Both the position numbers and the translations under genes were made by a program. Below are positions 1 to 9,992 of a DNA stretch of 64,000 bases, one piece after another. The notes below the pieces were generated by a model. It did no database searches. It saw only the letters and a list, made by a program, of their open reading frames with translations, and was not told the DNA's origin. The stretch is taken from NCBI GenBank assembly GCA_900617105.1, contig UYFQ01000032.1, forward strand, positions 248,001 through 312,000, in the 5' to 3' direction. The first letter of the stretch is position 1; each line of letters opens with the position of its first letter. Source of the stretch: Hydrurus foetidus. Lineage: Eukaryota.

Positions 1-563
1 GTTTGGCCGCTTTGCAGCGCGGGCAGCGGATGGATGTGAAGCAACCAATCGCGCCAAGCTGTAGGCATGTCGGGGGCGGCGGCCACAGCATCAAACCCGT
101 CGGTGAACTGGGTGACGATCACATGGACGAGTCGCTCAGCCACTGGCAAAGCATCGCTGGCCTTGGCCCATTCAGCGGCCAGATCGCCGGTGGTGATGGC
201 GACTCGGGTGTCGGGGTCGGTGATGTAGTGCTTGAGCTCTTCCGCCCGGTTCATCGGGTTCACCGGCACCACCACCGCATCGGCACGCAGGATGGCAAAG
301 TGTGCGATCACCCATTGCGGGCAGTTTTGCATCCCTAGCGCCACACGGTCGCCCTTTTTGACCCCAAGCGCTTGCAGCGTGGCCGCAAGTCGCTCTGCTT
401 TTTGTAGCAATTCGAGGTAAGTGACGGTGGTGTTAAAGAACACCAAAGCCACCTTATCGGGATACCGGCGGGCGCTGGTGGCAAGGTTGTCCCACAGCGA
501 AGTCACGGGCACGGTGATGCGGTGGGGCAGGCGTTTAGGCCAAACGGTGTAGTGTGCAGACAT
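1..563 (-). CDS. Long-chain fatty acid-CoA ligase (AMP-binding), N-terminal part; runs off the left edge of the window
   Basis: Absent from the ORF track. Manual translation from ATG 563 gives MSAHYTVWPKRLPHRITVPVTSLWDNLATSARRYPDK...GVKKGDRVALGMQNCPQWVIAHFAILRADAVVVPVNPM, a typical ANL N-terminus; AGGAGA lies upstream. Confidence 0.85.
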   Translation of the reverse strand, partial: MSAHYTVWPKRLPHRITVPVTSLWDNLATSARRYPDKVALVFFNTTVTYLELLQKAERLAATLQALGVKKGDRVALGMQNCPQWVIAHFAILRADAVVVPVNPMNRAEELKHYITDPDTRVAITTGDLAAEWAKASDALPVAERLVHVIVTQFTDGFDAVAAAPDMPTAWRDWLLHIHPLPALQSGQ

Positions 564-758
564 GGTGAGCAAGCGTCTCCTGAACAAGAATGCGCAAAGC
601 CTATCGCCAAGCCCCGCCCGACGCATCGGGAAAGCCCCGCACAGGGGCGCGTAGGCGACAGCTATAGTCGATTCACTCGGTTGGGCACCTCCACCCGCTC
701 CAAAACAACCCCTTCAACAAGCACCAATCCCATGCCACAACACCCTCTGCACCACCCG

Positions 759-1745
759 ATGAACAACCCTCTGCGCCGCCGCCTTATTGCTTCTGTTTTC
801 ATAGCTGCCAGCGCTTATTTTGTAAGCACAGCAGCCGCTTCACCGTCATTCCCTGAGAAACCCATCAAGCTCATCATCGGCTTCCCCGCCGGTGGCCCGC
901 TCGACCAGCACGCCCGGCTGCTCACCGACAAACTGCAAACCATTTTGGGCCAGCCCATCATCGTGGACTACAAACCCGGCGCAGGCGGCTCTGTGGCCGC
1001 AGAGACCGTCGCCAAAAGCCCCGCAGACGGCTACACGCTGATGCTGGCCAACACCGGCGTGATGGTCATCAACGGTGCGCTGTACACCAAGCTCCCCTAC
1101 AACACCCTGCGCGACTTCACCCCCATCGCCCGCACCGCCCAGCAGCCGCTCGCCCTGCTGGTGAACAACCAAGTGCCCGCCCAGAACCTGAAGGAATTCA
1201 TCGCTTTTGCGGGCAAAAACCCCGGCAAGATCAACTACGGCTCCGCCGGCAACGGCGGCATCAGCCACTTGGTGCCCGAAATGTTCAAAACCGCCACCGG
1301 CCTGTTCATGGTGCACATCCCCTACCGAGGCAGCGCCCCCGCGTTCACCGATTTGATGGGCGGGCAAGTGCAGTTCATGGCCGAATCCATCCCCCAAGCG
1401 GCCAATTACCACAAGCAAGGCAAAGTCCGCGCCCTGGCCGTCACCAGCAAAGAACGCAACCCCGCCCTGCCCGACGTGCCCACCGCCATCGAATCAGGTC
1501 TGAAAGGCTTTGAAGTGGTCGGTTTCTACGGCTTCCTGGCCCCCGCAGGCACGCCAAAAGACGTGGTCGCCAAACTGAGCGATGCCTTTAAACAGGTGCT
1601 GAGCAACCCTGAGGTACGCAACCGCATGGTGAGCCAAGGGGCCGACCCGGCGTATCTGGACAGCGAGGCATTCACCCAGTTTTTGGCGCTAGAGACACCG
1701 CGCTGGGGGAAGGCGGTGAAGGCTTCGGGGGCTAAGCTGGACTGA
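759..1745 (+). CDS. Bug/TctC family tripartite tricarboxylate transporter substrate-binding protein
   Basis: FPEKPIKLIIGFPAGG, PGAGG, YGSAGNG and HIPYRG motifs after a signal peptide. Start is ATG 759 or 732, not the track start at 522. Confidence 0.9.
   Translation: MNNPLRRRLIASVFIAASAYFVSTAAASPSFPEKPIKLIIGFPAGGPLDQHARLLTDKLQTILGQPIIVDYKPGAGGSVAAETVAKSPADGYTLMLANTGVMVINGALYTKLPYNTLRDFTPIARTAQQPLALLVNNQVPAQNLKEFIAFAGKNPGKINYGSAGNGGISHLVPEMFKTATGLFMVHIPYRGSAPAFTDLMGGQVQFMAESIPQAANYHKQGKVRALAVTSKERNPALPDVPTAIESGLKGFEVVGFYGFLAPAGTPKDVVAKLSDAFKQVLSNPEVRNRMVSQGADPAYLDSEAFTQFLALETPRWGKAVKASGAKLD
788..827 (+). repeat. Intragenic fixed-spacing motif, copy 1 (in the Bug signal peptide)
   Basis: TGCT TCTGTTTTC ATAGC TGCCAGC GC TTATTTTGTAA GC; contains the inverted repeat GCTTA-N5-TAAGC. 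Confidence 0.7.
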
Positions 1746-1746
1746 A

Positions 1747-1802
1747 GTTAAATTAACCAGCCGCTCGCTTATGGGCGGCCTGTGTTGAGTGACCCGTTAT
1801 GC
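1747..1802 (-). mobile_element. Degenerate integron attC-like site
   Basis: Minus strand reads GCATAAC-GGGTC-ACTCAAC-ACAGGCCGC...GCGGCT-GGTTAAT-TTAAC: R''-like box, 5-nt spacer, L''-like box, central stem, L'-like box. The terminal GTTRRRY is missing. Confidence 0.45.
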
Positions 1803-1912
1803 GTGCAGCTTTTTCAACAAGGCGGCCGCTGACGTATTTATGCAGCACATCCGTGATCAAGGTTTGGCAGGGCATGCCATGCATCAAGCGCTTTGGCTTG
1901 AATGTCCTTGCT
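1753..1912 (-). pseudogene. Remnant of an RHH-type (CopG/BrnA-like) antitoxin
   Basis: SKDIQAKALDA [extra base at 1879] GMPCQTLITDVLHKYVSGRLVEK matches the recalled family motif ...IQxRALEEGIPYQTLIxSVLHKYVSGRL; the N-terminus and the toxin are absent. Confidence 0.7.
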
Positions 1913-1962
1913 TTGAGTTCAAAGAATTCAAGTTGCTGCCAGTGAGGCATCCAGCGATAAAG

Positions 1963-1989
1963 CTTAACTGCTCTACTCGAATCAACTCA
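1963..1989 (+). repeat. 27-bp direct repeat, left copy (att-like island boundary)
   Basis: CTTAACTGCTCTACTCGAATCAACTCA; 25/27 identical to 18956-18982. Confidence 0.85.
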
Positions 1990-2410
1990 TAAAGACTCCC
2001 TTCAAGGCGAACTTGTCTAGAGAAGATCATCGCTATGTCCGGTGGAATCACAAAATATCTGCACCTTTGTGGCCCGCGCGCCGACGCTGGAGCATCCGAC
2101 CAACTCGGATACCGATCACGCAACCAAGGCCGCACTCGATCCCACAGCAATGGCTATTGACGCTGCGCTATCTAGTGCAATTCAATGACGCGCCAACGGA
2201 CTGATTAACGAAATTGCGAGTCCGCCTAGAAGTCAATCCGTCACTGCTAGCGCGCCTGAGTCAGCAGACGCGTCCAAGGCTCAGCCGCAGGCAAATCGCG
2301 CAACTGCGTGCTGAATGGCGTCACGCACCTTCCTAGGTGCGCAGGTGATAGTGATCGTACGGATCCCCCAATGCAACCGATCATTGCACGCCATAGACCA
2401 AGGGATAACC

Positions 2411-2490
2411 ATGATTATGAATATATTGACACTTAAATTTCAGTGTATAAAATACATTCAAAATCATGGATATTTTCAAGTAATTTGAAA
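2411..2490 (+). promoter_or_regulatory. sigma70 promoter of the ior/iad operon with overlapping palindromic operator candidates
   Basis: TTGACA (2426-2431)-N16-TAAAAT (2448-2453); near-palindrome ACACTTAAATTTCAGTGT (2429-2446); TTTCAA-N5-TTGAAA (2474-2490); inverted pair ATGATTATGAA (2411-2421) / TTCAAAATCAT (2457-2467). Confidence 0.7.
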
Positions 2491-2505
2491 TTACATAGGA
2501 CACAT

Positions 2506-4668
2506 ATGGCTGAGCGCTCGTTCGTCGAAGAGGTCAAAAAGCTGCGCTTGAGTGCGGGCGAGATATTTCATGGTGAGGGCATCCTGGCGGTAACCAAGGC
2601 GTTGTTGGAATCAGGTGTGAACTACGTCGCGGGCTATCAGGGTTCGCCGATCTCGCACCTTATGGACGTACTTGCCGACGCGCAGGACATCCTGACTGAG
2701 TACGGCATCCGCTTCGAGAACAGCGCTAGCGAGGCCACCGCCGCCGCCACGCTAGCCGCTTCAGTCAACTACCCTCTACGCGGCGCAGTCACGTTCAAGG
2801 CCACAGTAGGCACCAACGTGGCTTCCGACGCGCTGGCCAATCTGGCCTCGGGGGGCGTTACCGGCGGCGCGTTAGTGATCGTAGGTGAGGACTATGGCGA
2901 AGGCTCATCGATCATGCAAGAGCGTAGCCACGCCTTCGCAATGAAGTCGCAAATCTGGCTGCTCGATCCCCGTCCCAACCTGCCTAGCATCGTGCAAGCG
3001 GTGAAAGACGGCTTCGACCTCTCCGAAGCCAGCAGCACACCTGTGATGCTACAGCTGCGTATCCGCGCCTGCCATGTGCACGGTCAATTCATCGCCGCCA
3101 ACAACCGCCGCCCCAGCTTTACCATCCAGCAGGCCATGGAGCAGCCGCAGCGCGACGTGAACCGCATCGTGCTGCCACCAGCCAACTTCGTGCACGAGCA
3201 CGAAAAAGTACGTGACCGCTGGCCTGCTGCCGTACGTTTCATCAAGGATCGCAAACTCAACGAGTTCTTTGCCGAAGAGGCCAACGACATCGGTATTGCC
3301 GTGCAGGGGGGCAGCTACAACACGCTGATCCGTGCGTTGCAGCAACTCGATCTGGCCGATGTCTACGGCAATACCCAGATACCGCTGTACGTGATGAACG
3401 TAGCCTACCCGCTGGTGGGCTCCGAGTGGCTGCGCTTTTGCAGAGCCAAAAGCGCATTGCTTGTGATCGAGGAAGGTCAGCCTAACTTTGTCGAACAAAA
3501 CGTCGCCGCCATCCTGCGCCAAGCAGGATCGACCACTGTGCTGCACGGCAAGGATGTACTGCCCATAGCTGGCGAGTACACCACCGCAGTCGTCCTCAAA
3601 GGCTTGCGCGCCTTCCTCGAAGCGCATGGTCGATTACAGCCCACTGCAACGCCTGCGACGGCCTCTGGCAAACGCAAGGTCATCCCACTGCTCACCGAGC
3701 CTGTGCACCCGATCGAGGCCAGCGTGAACGCTCGCCCAGCGGGTTTTTGTACCGGGTGCCCAGAGCGCCCCATTTTCACCGCGATGAAACTGGTCGAACG
3801 CGAACTCGGTGAACACCATGTGAGTGCCGACATCGGATGCCACTTGTTCTCCATCCTGCCACCGTTCAACCTAGGCAATACCACCATGGGCTATGGTTTG
3901 GGTGCAGCTGGCGCTGCCGCGTTCAACGTGCCAGCAGGCAAGAAAGCCATTGCCGTCATGGGTGATGGTGGCTTCTGGCACAACGGCCTGACCAGCGGCA
4001 TCGCCAACGCAGTGTTCAACCGCAGCGACAACCTCACCATCGTTGTCGATAACAGTTACACCGCAGCCACCGGCGGGCAAGACATCCTCTCATCCACCGC
4101 ACACAACCCCACACGCAGCACCAACCATGCAATTGAGCAGGCGGTGCGTGGCGTGGGCGTGAAATGGGTCAAAACCGTCCGCCGCACCTACGACCTGAAG
4201 GCCATGATCGGTACCCTGCGCGAAGCGCTGACCACAACCGAAAAAGGTCCCAAGGTGCTGATCGCGCAGAGCGAGTGCATGCTCAACATGCAACGCCGTG
4301 AAAAACCCAAGATGCGCCAAGCGATTGCCCGCGGCGAGCGCGTGGTGCGCGAGCGCTTCGGTGTGGATTCCGACACCTGCACCGGTGACCATTCGTGTAT
4401 CCGCCTGTCGGGCTGCCCCTCGCTGTCTATCAAGTCCAACCCCGACCCGCTGCGCACCGACCCGGTTGTCACCGTGCTGGACAGCTGCGTGGGCTGTGGC
4501 TTGTGCGGCGAGGTTGCACACGCAGCAGTGCTGTGCCCTTCGTTCTACCGCGCCCAGATGATCAGCAACCCCACGCGCTGGGACAGGCTGCGCGAGCGTT
4601 TGCGCAAAAGTGTGATCAGCTGGTTACAGGCGCGCGACCAGCATCGCCTGGATCGCTACGCTTTTTAA
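2506..4668 (+). CDS. iorA: Indolepyruvate:ferredoxin oxidoreductase-family alpha subunit
   Basis: GYQGSP, FCTGCPER and DIGCH motifs, TPP motif GDGGFWHNG, C-terminal ferredoxin cysteines (CTGDHSC, CVGCGLC); AGGA RBS before ATG 2506. Confidence 0.9.
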   Translation: MAERSFVEEVKKLRLSAGEIFHGEGILAVTKALLESGVNYVAGYQGSPISHLMDVLADAQDILTEYGIRFENSASEATAAATLAASVNYPLRGAVTFKATVGTNVASDALANLASGGVTGGALVIVGEDYGEGSSIMQERSHAFAMKSQIWLLDPRPNLPSIVQAVKDGFDLSEASSTPVMLQLRIRACHVHGQFIAANNRRPSFTIQQAMEQPQRDVNRIVLPPANFVHEHEKVRDRWPAAVRFIKDRKLNEFFAEEANDIGIAVQGGSYNTLIRALQQLDLADVYGNTQIPLYVMNVAYPLVGSEWLRFCRAKSALLVIEEGQPNFVEQNVAAILRQAGSTTVLHGKDVLPIAGEYTTAVVLKGLRAFLEAHGRLQPTATPATASGKRKVIPLLTEPVHPIEASVNARPAGFCTGCPERPIFTAMKLVERELGEHHVSADIGCHLFSILPPFNLGNTTMGYGLGAAGAAAFNVPAGKKAIAVMGDGGFWHNGLTSGIANAVFNRSDNLTIVVDNSYTAATGGQDILSSTAHNPTRSTNHAIEQAVRGVGVKWVKTVRRTYDLKAMIGTLREALTTTEKGPKVLIAQSECMLNMQRREKPKMRQAIARGERVVRERFGVDSDTCTGDHSCIRLSGCPSLSIKSNPDPLRTDPVVTVLDSCVGCGLCGEVAHAAVLCPSFYRAQMISNPTRWDRLRERLRKSVISWLQARDQHRLDRYAF

Positions 4669-4676
4669 GGACTTTC

Positions 4677-6176
4677 ATGGCAACGACACAACCCATCAAA
4701 ATCGCGATTCTCGCCATGGGTGGCGAGGGCGGCGGTGTGCTGGCTGACTGGATCGTCGACCTCGGCGAACACAACGGCTACATCGCCCAAACAACCTCGG
4801 TGCCCGGTGTGGCCCAGCGCACTGGCGCAACCATCTACTATGCAGAGCTCTACCCCGAGGCGCAGGCACGCAAGGACGGCAATCAGCCGGTGCTGGCGCT
4901 GATGCCCTTGCCCGGAGATGTGGACGTGGTGCTGGCCTCCGAGCTGATGGAGGCAGGCCGCGCCGTACAGCGCGGCCTGGTCACAAAAGACCGTACCACG
5001 CTGGTGGCGTCCACCCACCGTATCTACTCTATCGCCGAAAAAACAGCGATGGGCGATGGCCGTGTGGACAGCGATGAGTTGACTGCCCATGCGCAAAAGG
5101 CTGCGAAACGCTACGTGTGCTTCGACATGGCACAGGCTGCTGAAAATGCAGGCAGCGTCATCAGCGCCGTGCTGTTCGGCGCACTGGCCGGCACCGGTGT
5201 ACTGCCTTTCAGCCGCGCGCAGTTCGAAGCCACGGTGGAGCGCGGTGGTGTGGGTGTGAAATCCAGCCTGAAGGCCTTTGACATCGGCTATACGCAGGTC
5301 GCTAGCGAGGCCACGCCTGTCGCCTTGGTACAGGCTGTGACAGAGGCACCGCAACCGCGCGACCCAGGAGTAGCAGCCTTGCTCGAGCGCGTGCGCAGCG
5401 CCTTTCCCATGGATGCGCAGCACCTGATTACCGAGGGCGTACGTCGCCTGATAGATTTCCAGGATCTGGCCTATGCGGGGCTTTACCTGGATCGGTTAAC
5501 CACGATCAATGCCTTGCCCAACGACGGCAGAGGCGAGTTGCTGCGTGAGACAGCACGCCACCTGGCGCTTTGGATGAGCTATGAAGACACTATCCGCGTG
5601 GCTGACCTCAAAACGCGTGCGAGCCGCTTTGCGCGCGTGCAGTCCGAGGTGAAGGTACAGGCCGACCAGCAGCTGGCCATCAACGAATTCATGCACCCGC
5701 GCATCGAGGAAATCTGCGAAACCCTGCCGGCCGCTCTGGGCCACTGGCTGTCCAAGCCACACGCAGTGCATCGACTGGTGGCACGCTTCACCCGCGAAGG
5801 GCGCATCGTCACAACAAGCTCGCTGCGCGGCTACCTGCTGCTGTGGAGCCTGTCGCGCCTGCGCAGCTGGCGACGCAGCACGCTGCGCTACAAAAACGAA
5901 AACGAGCGCATCGAGCAATGGCTGGCATACATCGAACAATCCGCACGGCACAACCCTGCGCTCGCAGTTGGAGTCGCACAGTGTCAGCGCCTGGTCAAGG
6001 GCTACAGCGACACCCATGCGCGTGGCCTCCAGAACTATCAAACACTGATGAGCGCCGTGCAGCGAGCCGGTGCAACCTTGGCACCGGCTCTTCTACGCGA
6101 ATTGCGCGATGCTGCTCTGGCCGACGAGCATGGAAAAACGCTGCAGTCTCTGCTGGCACGGTATGCACTGGTCTGA
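4677..6176 (+). CDS. iorB: Indolepyruvate oxidoreductase beta-family subunit with C-terminal extension
   Basis: AMGGEGGG and GVAQRTGAT POR-gamma motifs; LMSYED-like and LVKGYSDT motifs; directly follows iorA. Confidence 0.85.
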   Translation: MATTQPIKIAILAMGGEGGGVLADWIVDLGEHNGYIAQTTSVPGVAQRTGATIYYAELYPEAQARKDGNQPVLALMPLPGDVDVVLASELMEAGRAVQRGLVTKDRTTLVASTHRIYSIAEKTAMGDGRVDSDELTAHAQKAAKRYVCFDMAQAAENAGSVISAVLFGALAGTGVLPFSRAQFEATVERGGVGVKSSLKAFDIGYTQVASEATPVALVQAVTEAPQPRDPGVAALLERVRSAFPMDAQHLITEGVRRLIDFQDLAYAGLYLDRLTTINALPNDGRGELLRETARHLALWMSYEDTIRVADLKTRASRFARVQSEVKVQADQQLAINEFMHPRIEEICETLPAALGHWLSKPHAVHRLVARFTREGRIVTTSSLRGYLLLWSLSRLRSWRRSTLRYKNENERIEQWLAYIEQSARHNPALAVGVAQCQRLVKGYSDTHARGLQNYQTLMSAVQRAGATLAPALLRELRDAALADEHGKTLQSLLARYALV

Positions 6177-6186
6177 AGGAATAAGT

Positions 6187-7176
6187 ATGGAATCTATCAA
6201 TGTTCAAGTCACACAGGTCGAGGTACTCAACCCGCTGATCCAGCGCTTCACGCTGAGGGCATACCATGGTGACACGCTACCGCGTTTCAACGCAGGCGCC
6301 CACATTCGCGCTCAAATCACACTGCCACTGGGTGCCACCGACTGGCGGCACTACTCACTCATCAACTTCAGCACCGACCCTCAGGCCAGCGCTACACCCA
6401 ACCACTACACCATCGCCGTGCGCCGCGAAGATGAAGGCCGGGGCGGCTCGCGCTTCATGCACGCGTTGAAAGTGGGGGATTTACTCACCATAGAGCCACC
6501 CAAGAACGACTTCCCGCTGGTCAGGCACGCAGGCCGCACCGTGCTGGTGGCCGGCGGCATTGGCGTGACACCCCTCATCAGCATGGCAGCAGAGTGCCTG
6601 GCCAAACATCAAGACCAGCGTCAGCCCGTGCGCATGGTCTACGCGGGCCGTACCCGCGAACTCATGGCTTTTTTACCCGAGTTGCAAAACTTGCTGGGCG
6701 AAGCGCTGACTGTGCACGCCGACATGGAAGTGGGTGCGCCACTGAATGTGGCCGCGTTACTTGACGGCTGCGATGCCAGTGACAGGCTTTACGTTTGTGG
6801 CCCGAAGGTCATGCTGGACGCCGTACTGGACGCTGCCCACGAGCGCAATTGGTCCAGCGATCGTGTGCACTTCGAACTGTTCTCTGCACCCATAGCCCAA
6901 GCGGGCGACCATGCCTTTGAGGTGGTGCTGGCGCAAAGCGGGAAAAGCTACTACGTTCCCGAGGATCAAAGCATTCTGGAATGCCTGATAGACCAAGGCT
7001 GCGACCCACTGTTCGACTGCAAGCGTGGCGAATGCGGTGTGTGCGCTGTGCCCGTGATCGAAGGCGAGATCGACCACCGCGACTACGTGCTCACAGCCAG
7101 TGAAAAGGCTTCGGGCAACGTGATCCAGATCTGCATCTCACGCTCTAAGGGACAGCGCTTAGTGCTGGATCTCTGA
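6187..7176 (+). CDS. iadC: PDR/VanB-type reductase (flavin, NAD(P)H, 2Fe-2S); IadC-like
   Basis: RHYSL, GRGGS, AGGIGVTP, YVCGP and CKRGECGVC...C motifs; adjacent to a Rieske oxygenase pair. Confidence 0.8.
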   Translation: MESINVQVTQVEVLNPLIQRFTLRAYHGDTLPRFNAGAHIRAQITLPLGATDWRHYSLINFSTDPQASATPNHYTIAVRREDEGRGGSRFMHALKVGDLLTIEPPKNDFPLVRHAGRTVLVAGGIGVTPLISMAAECLAKHQDQRQPVRMVYAGRTRELMAFLPELQNLLGEALTVHADMEVGAPLNVAALLDGCDASDRLYVCGPKVMLDAVLDAAHERNWSSDRVHFELFSAPIAQAGDHAFEVVLAQSGKSYYVPEDQSILECLIDQGCDPLFDCKRGECGVCAVPVIEGEIDHRDYVLTASEKASGNVIQICISRSKGQRLVLDL

Positions 7177-7212
7177 TTTCGTTCTTTTCACCACAAACTC
7201 AGGAGACTTGCG

Positions 7213-8175
7213 ATGTTTCTCAAACTATTTATACGTTTCATGCTGGCTATTTTCCCGCTGACAGTGATGGCTGCCAGCGGTGACGGTAGACCCATTGAAT
7301 GGGTGGTGGGCTACGCGCCGGGCGGTGGCTCCGACGCCGTAGCACGCATGCTGGCCGAAGCCATGGGTAAGACACTGAACCAGTCCGTCATTGTGATCAA
7401 TAAACCGGGGGCGGGTGCCAACATCGCCGCCGACTACGTCGCCAAGGCACGGGATATCGACCACACGGTGTTCACAGCCGATTCGGCCATCCTGGCGGCT
7501 AATCCCTTCCTCTACAGCAAGCTCACCTACAGCGCGGAAAAAGACTTCACACCCGTGGGTATGATCGCCCGCTTCCCGTTGGTGCTGGTGGTGCATCCAA
7601 GCGCGCCGGTGACAAACCTCAAGGAATTCCTGGCTTGGGCGAAGAGTGACCCCAAGGGCACGAACTATGGCAGTCCGGGTGCGGGCAGCCCGCACCACTT
7701 GGTCACAGAGTTATTTCGCGCCCAAACCGGTTTGATGCTGACCCACGTGCCCTACCGTGGCGCTGCTCCAGCCATCGCTGACGTGGTGGGCGGGCAATTG
7801 CCGTTCATGTTTGTCGACACCTCCAGCGGCGGTGCGTTCATCACCTCGGGCAAGGTGCGCGCTATTGGCGTGGCCAGCGCACAGCGGCTCAAGACCATGG
7901 GGGATATCCCCACTCTGATTGAGCAAGGTTTGAACGGCTTTGAAGCCTATGCATGGCAAGCCTTGGTGGCCCCTGTCAGCACGACGCCCGCCACGGTGCA
8001 AGCTTTGAACAAAGCCCTGAATGAAGCGCTCAATTCGACCAGCATCAAGGCACGCATGCAGGTTCTGGGCATCGAACCCTTGCCATCCACCCCAGCAAAT
8101 TCAGCGCACTACGCCGCCCAGGAGCGCGAACGCTGGAGCCACGTGATCCGCTCGGCGAATATCAAGCTGGATTGA
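7213..8175 (+). CDS. Bug/TctC family substrate-binding protein
   Basis: GYAPGGGSD, NKPGAG, YGSPGAGS and HVPYRG motifs; signal peptide; AGGAGA RBS. Confidence 0.9.
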   Translation: MFLKLFIRFMLAIFPLTVMAASGDGRPIEWVVGYAPGGGSDAVARMLAEAMGKTLNQSVIVINKPGAGANIAADYVAKARDIDHTVFTADSAILAANPFLYSKLTYSAEKDFTPVGMIARFPLVLVVHPSAPVTNLKEFLAWAKSDPKGTNYGSPGAGSPHHLVTELFRAQTGLMLTHVPYRGAAPAIADVVGGQLPFMFVDTSSGGAFITSGKVRAIGVASAQRLKTMGDIPTLIEQGLNGFEAYAWQALVAPVSTTPATVQALNKALNEALNSTSIKARMQVLGIEPLPSTPANSAHYAAQERERWSHVIRSANIKLD

Positions 8176-8181
8176 ACCACC

Positions 8182-9513
8182 ATGGCCAAATACCACAACA
8201 ACCCGAAAGCTGTAGTGGCCTTGGTGCGCGAAACCGAGGTGCACAAGGACTGCTATATTGACGAAGAGATTTTCTCCTTGGAAATGGCGCACCTGTTCGC
8301 CAACACTTGGATCTACGTAGGCCACGCAAGTCAGGTGCCCAAGGTCGGCGACTACGCCACAACCACCGTGGGCGACCAGCCCGTGGTGATGGTGCACCAC
8401 ACCGACGGCAGCATCAAGGTGCTGCACAACCGTTGCGCGCACAAAGGGGTCAAAGTTGCGCCCGAGGGTTGCGGCAACACGGGCAAGTTTTTCCGCTGCC
8501 CCTACCATGCCTGGACTTACCGTACGGATGGCAAATTACTGTCCATCCCTCTGAAAAAGGGCTACGACAACACGGGGTTCGAGTCGTGCGAAGCCAGCCA
8601 AGGAATGGCGGTTGTCGGTGCCGTGCACGTCTATCGGGACTTCGTTTTCTGTCGACTCAATGCCAAGGGCATGGGGTTTGACGAATTCTTCGGCGAATCG
8701 CTCTCCACGCTCGACAACATGGTGGACCGATCACCCGACGGGCGACTGGAAGTAGCCGGTGGTGTCATGCGCTATATACACCACTGCAACTGGAAAATGC
8801 TGGTGGACAACCAAACCGACACCTGCCACCCCATGGTGGCGCACGAATCATCGGCCGGAACGGCAGTCAAGGTTTGGGAGCAGGCAACCAAGGGCACGCC
8901 CAAACCCATGGCGGTGGAACTGTTTGCACCCTTTGTCAACCCCTATGAGTTCTTCGAGAACATGGGTATACGCATTTGGGGCAACGGGCACGGCCACACA
9001 GGTGTCAGCGACTCCATCCACGCCGCGTACACGCCCGCTGAAGGCTATTGGGAAAGCATGAAGACGACCTATGGCGAAGAACGTGCGCATCAAATTTTGA
9101 GCGACGTGCGTCACAACACGGTGTATTTCCCCAACATTATGGTCAAAGGGCCGATACAGACCTTGCGTATTTTCAAACCGCTGTCAGCGAACAAGACACT
9201 GGTCGAAAGCTGGACTTTCAGGCTGGTGGGCGCGCCCGATCTGCTGCTGGAGCGCACCCTCATGTATAACCGGCTCGTCAATGCGCCCACGTCTGTTGTT
9301 GGCCACGATGATCTGGAAATGTACGAGCGTGCCCAGCAGGGGCTGCATTCACGCGGCTCGCAGTGGATCAACGTGGGCCGCCTGTACGACCCCGCAGAGT
9401 TAGGGCAATCCAACGTCGTCACCAATGGCACCAACGAATGGCAGATGCGCAACCAAATGCGCGCCTGGGCTCATTTCATGACCACCAGCATGGGCGAAGG
9501 AGCACAGCCATGA
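8182..9513 (+). CDS. iadD: Rieske aromatic ring-hydroxylating dioxygenase alpha subunit; IadD-like
   Basis: Rieske NRCAHKG...RCPYHAW; mononuclear Fe region NWK..DTCHPMVAHESSAGTA and GHDDL; closely resembles my recollection of Variovorax IadD. Confidence 0.85.
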   Translation: MAKYHNNPKAVVALVRETEVHKDCYIDEEIFSLEMAHLFANTWIYVGHASQVPKVGDYATTTVGDQPVVMVHHTDGSIKVLHNRCAHKGVKVAPEGCGNTGKFFRCPYHAWTYRTDGKLLSIPLKKGYDNTGFESCEASQGMAVVGAVHVYRDFVFCRLNAKGMGFDEFFGESLSTLDNMVDRSPDGRLEVAGGVMRYIHHCNWKMLVDNQTDTCHPMVAHESSAGTAVKVWEQATKGTPKPMAVELFAPFVNPYEFFENMGIRIWGNGHGHTGVSDSIHAAYTPAEGYWESMKTTYGEERAHQILSDVRHNTVYFPNIMVKGPIQTLRIFKPLSANKTLVESWTFRLVGAPDLLLERTLMYNRLVNAPTSVVGHDDLEMYERAQQGLHSRGSQWINVGRLYDPAELGQSNVVTNGTNEWQMRNQMRAWAHFMTTSMGEGAQP

Positions 9514-9992
9514 GCCTCCCAACGAACCAGCAGCTGATCGACTTCGTCGTTACCGAGGCGGGCATACTGGACGAACTGCGTTTTAACGACTGGCTGGCGC
9601 TGTTTACCGACGACGGCTACTACTGGATGCCACTGGCGCACGGACAGACCGACCCCAAAATGCACGCGTCCCTGCTGTACGAGGACACGCTGCTGCTCAA
9701 AATCCGCATAGCACGCCTCCAGGGCGCGCGCACCTATTCGCAGCAGCCTTCCAGCCGCTGTCACCATTTGCTGCAGCAACCCGTGGTGACGGCACGTGAC
9801 GACGCGGCGGGCCTGTATACCTGTCGTACCGCCTTTCACTACCTTGAAACCCGGCGGGACGAGCAGACCCTCTATGCAGGCTGGACTACCCATACGCTGG
9901 TGCTTCAAGAGCATGCACTGCGCATGCAACTCAAGCGAGTTGACTTGGTCAACTGCGACACGGCCTTCGGAAACATTCAGCTGTTCATGTGA
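9510..9992 (+). CDS. iadE: Ring-hydroxylating dioxygenase beta subunit; IadE-like
   Basis: WLALFTDDGYYWMP and KRVDLVN motifs; ATGA overlap with the alpha subunit. Confidence 0.85.
   Translation: MSLPTNQQLIDFVVTEAGILDELRFNDWLALFTDDGYYWMPLAHGQTDPKMHASLLYEDTLLLKIRIARLQGARTYSQQPSSRCHHLLQQPVVTARDDAAGLYTCRTAFHYLETRRDEQTLYAGWTTHTLVLQEHALRMQLKRVDLVNCDTAFGNIQLFM

Noticed and set aside
627..639. GGG-N4-CC(C) mini-palindromes in intergenic regions (also about 2402 and 32757)
   Set aside because: Too short and degenerate to support as a shared regulatory site from this window alone.
1745..2450. Duplicated tRNA-Arg 3' end (classical attL/attR) at the island's left edge
   Set aside because: No match to TGGTGCGGCTGGCAGG was found; the boundary repeat is unrelated to the tRNA.
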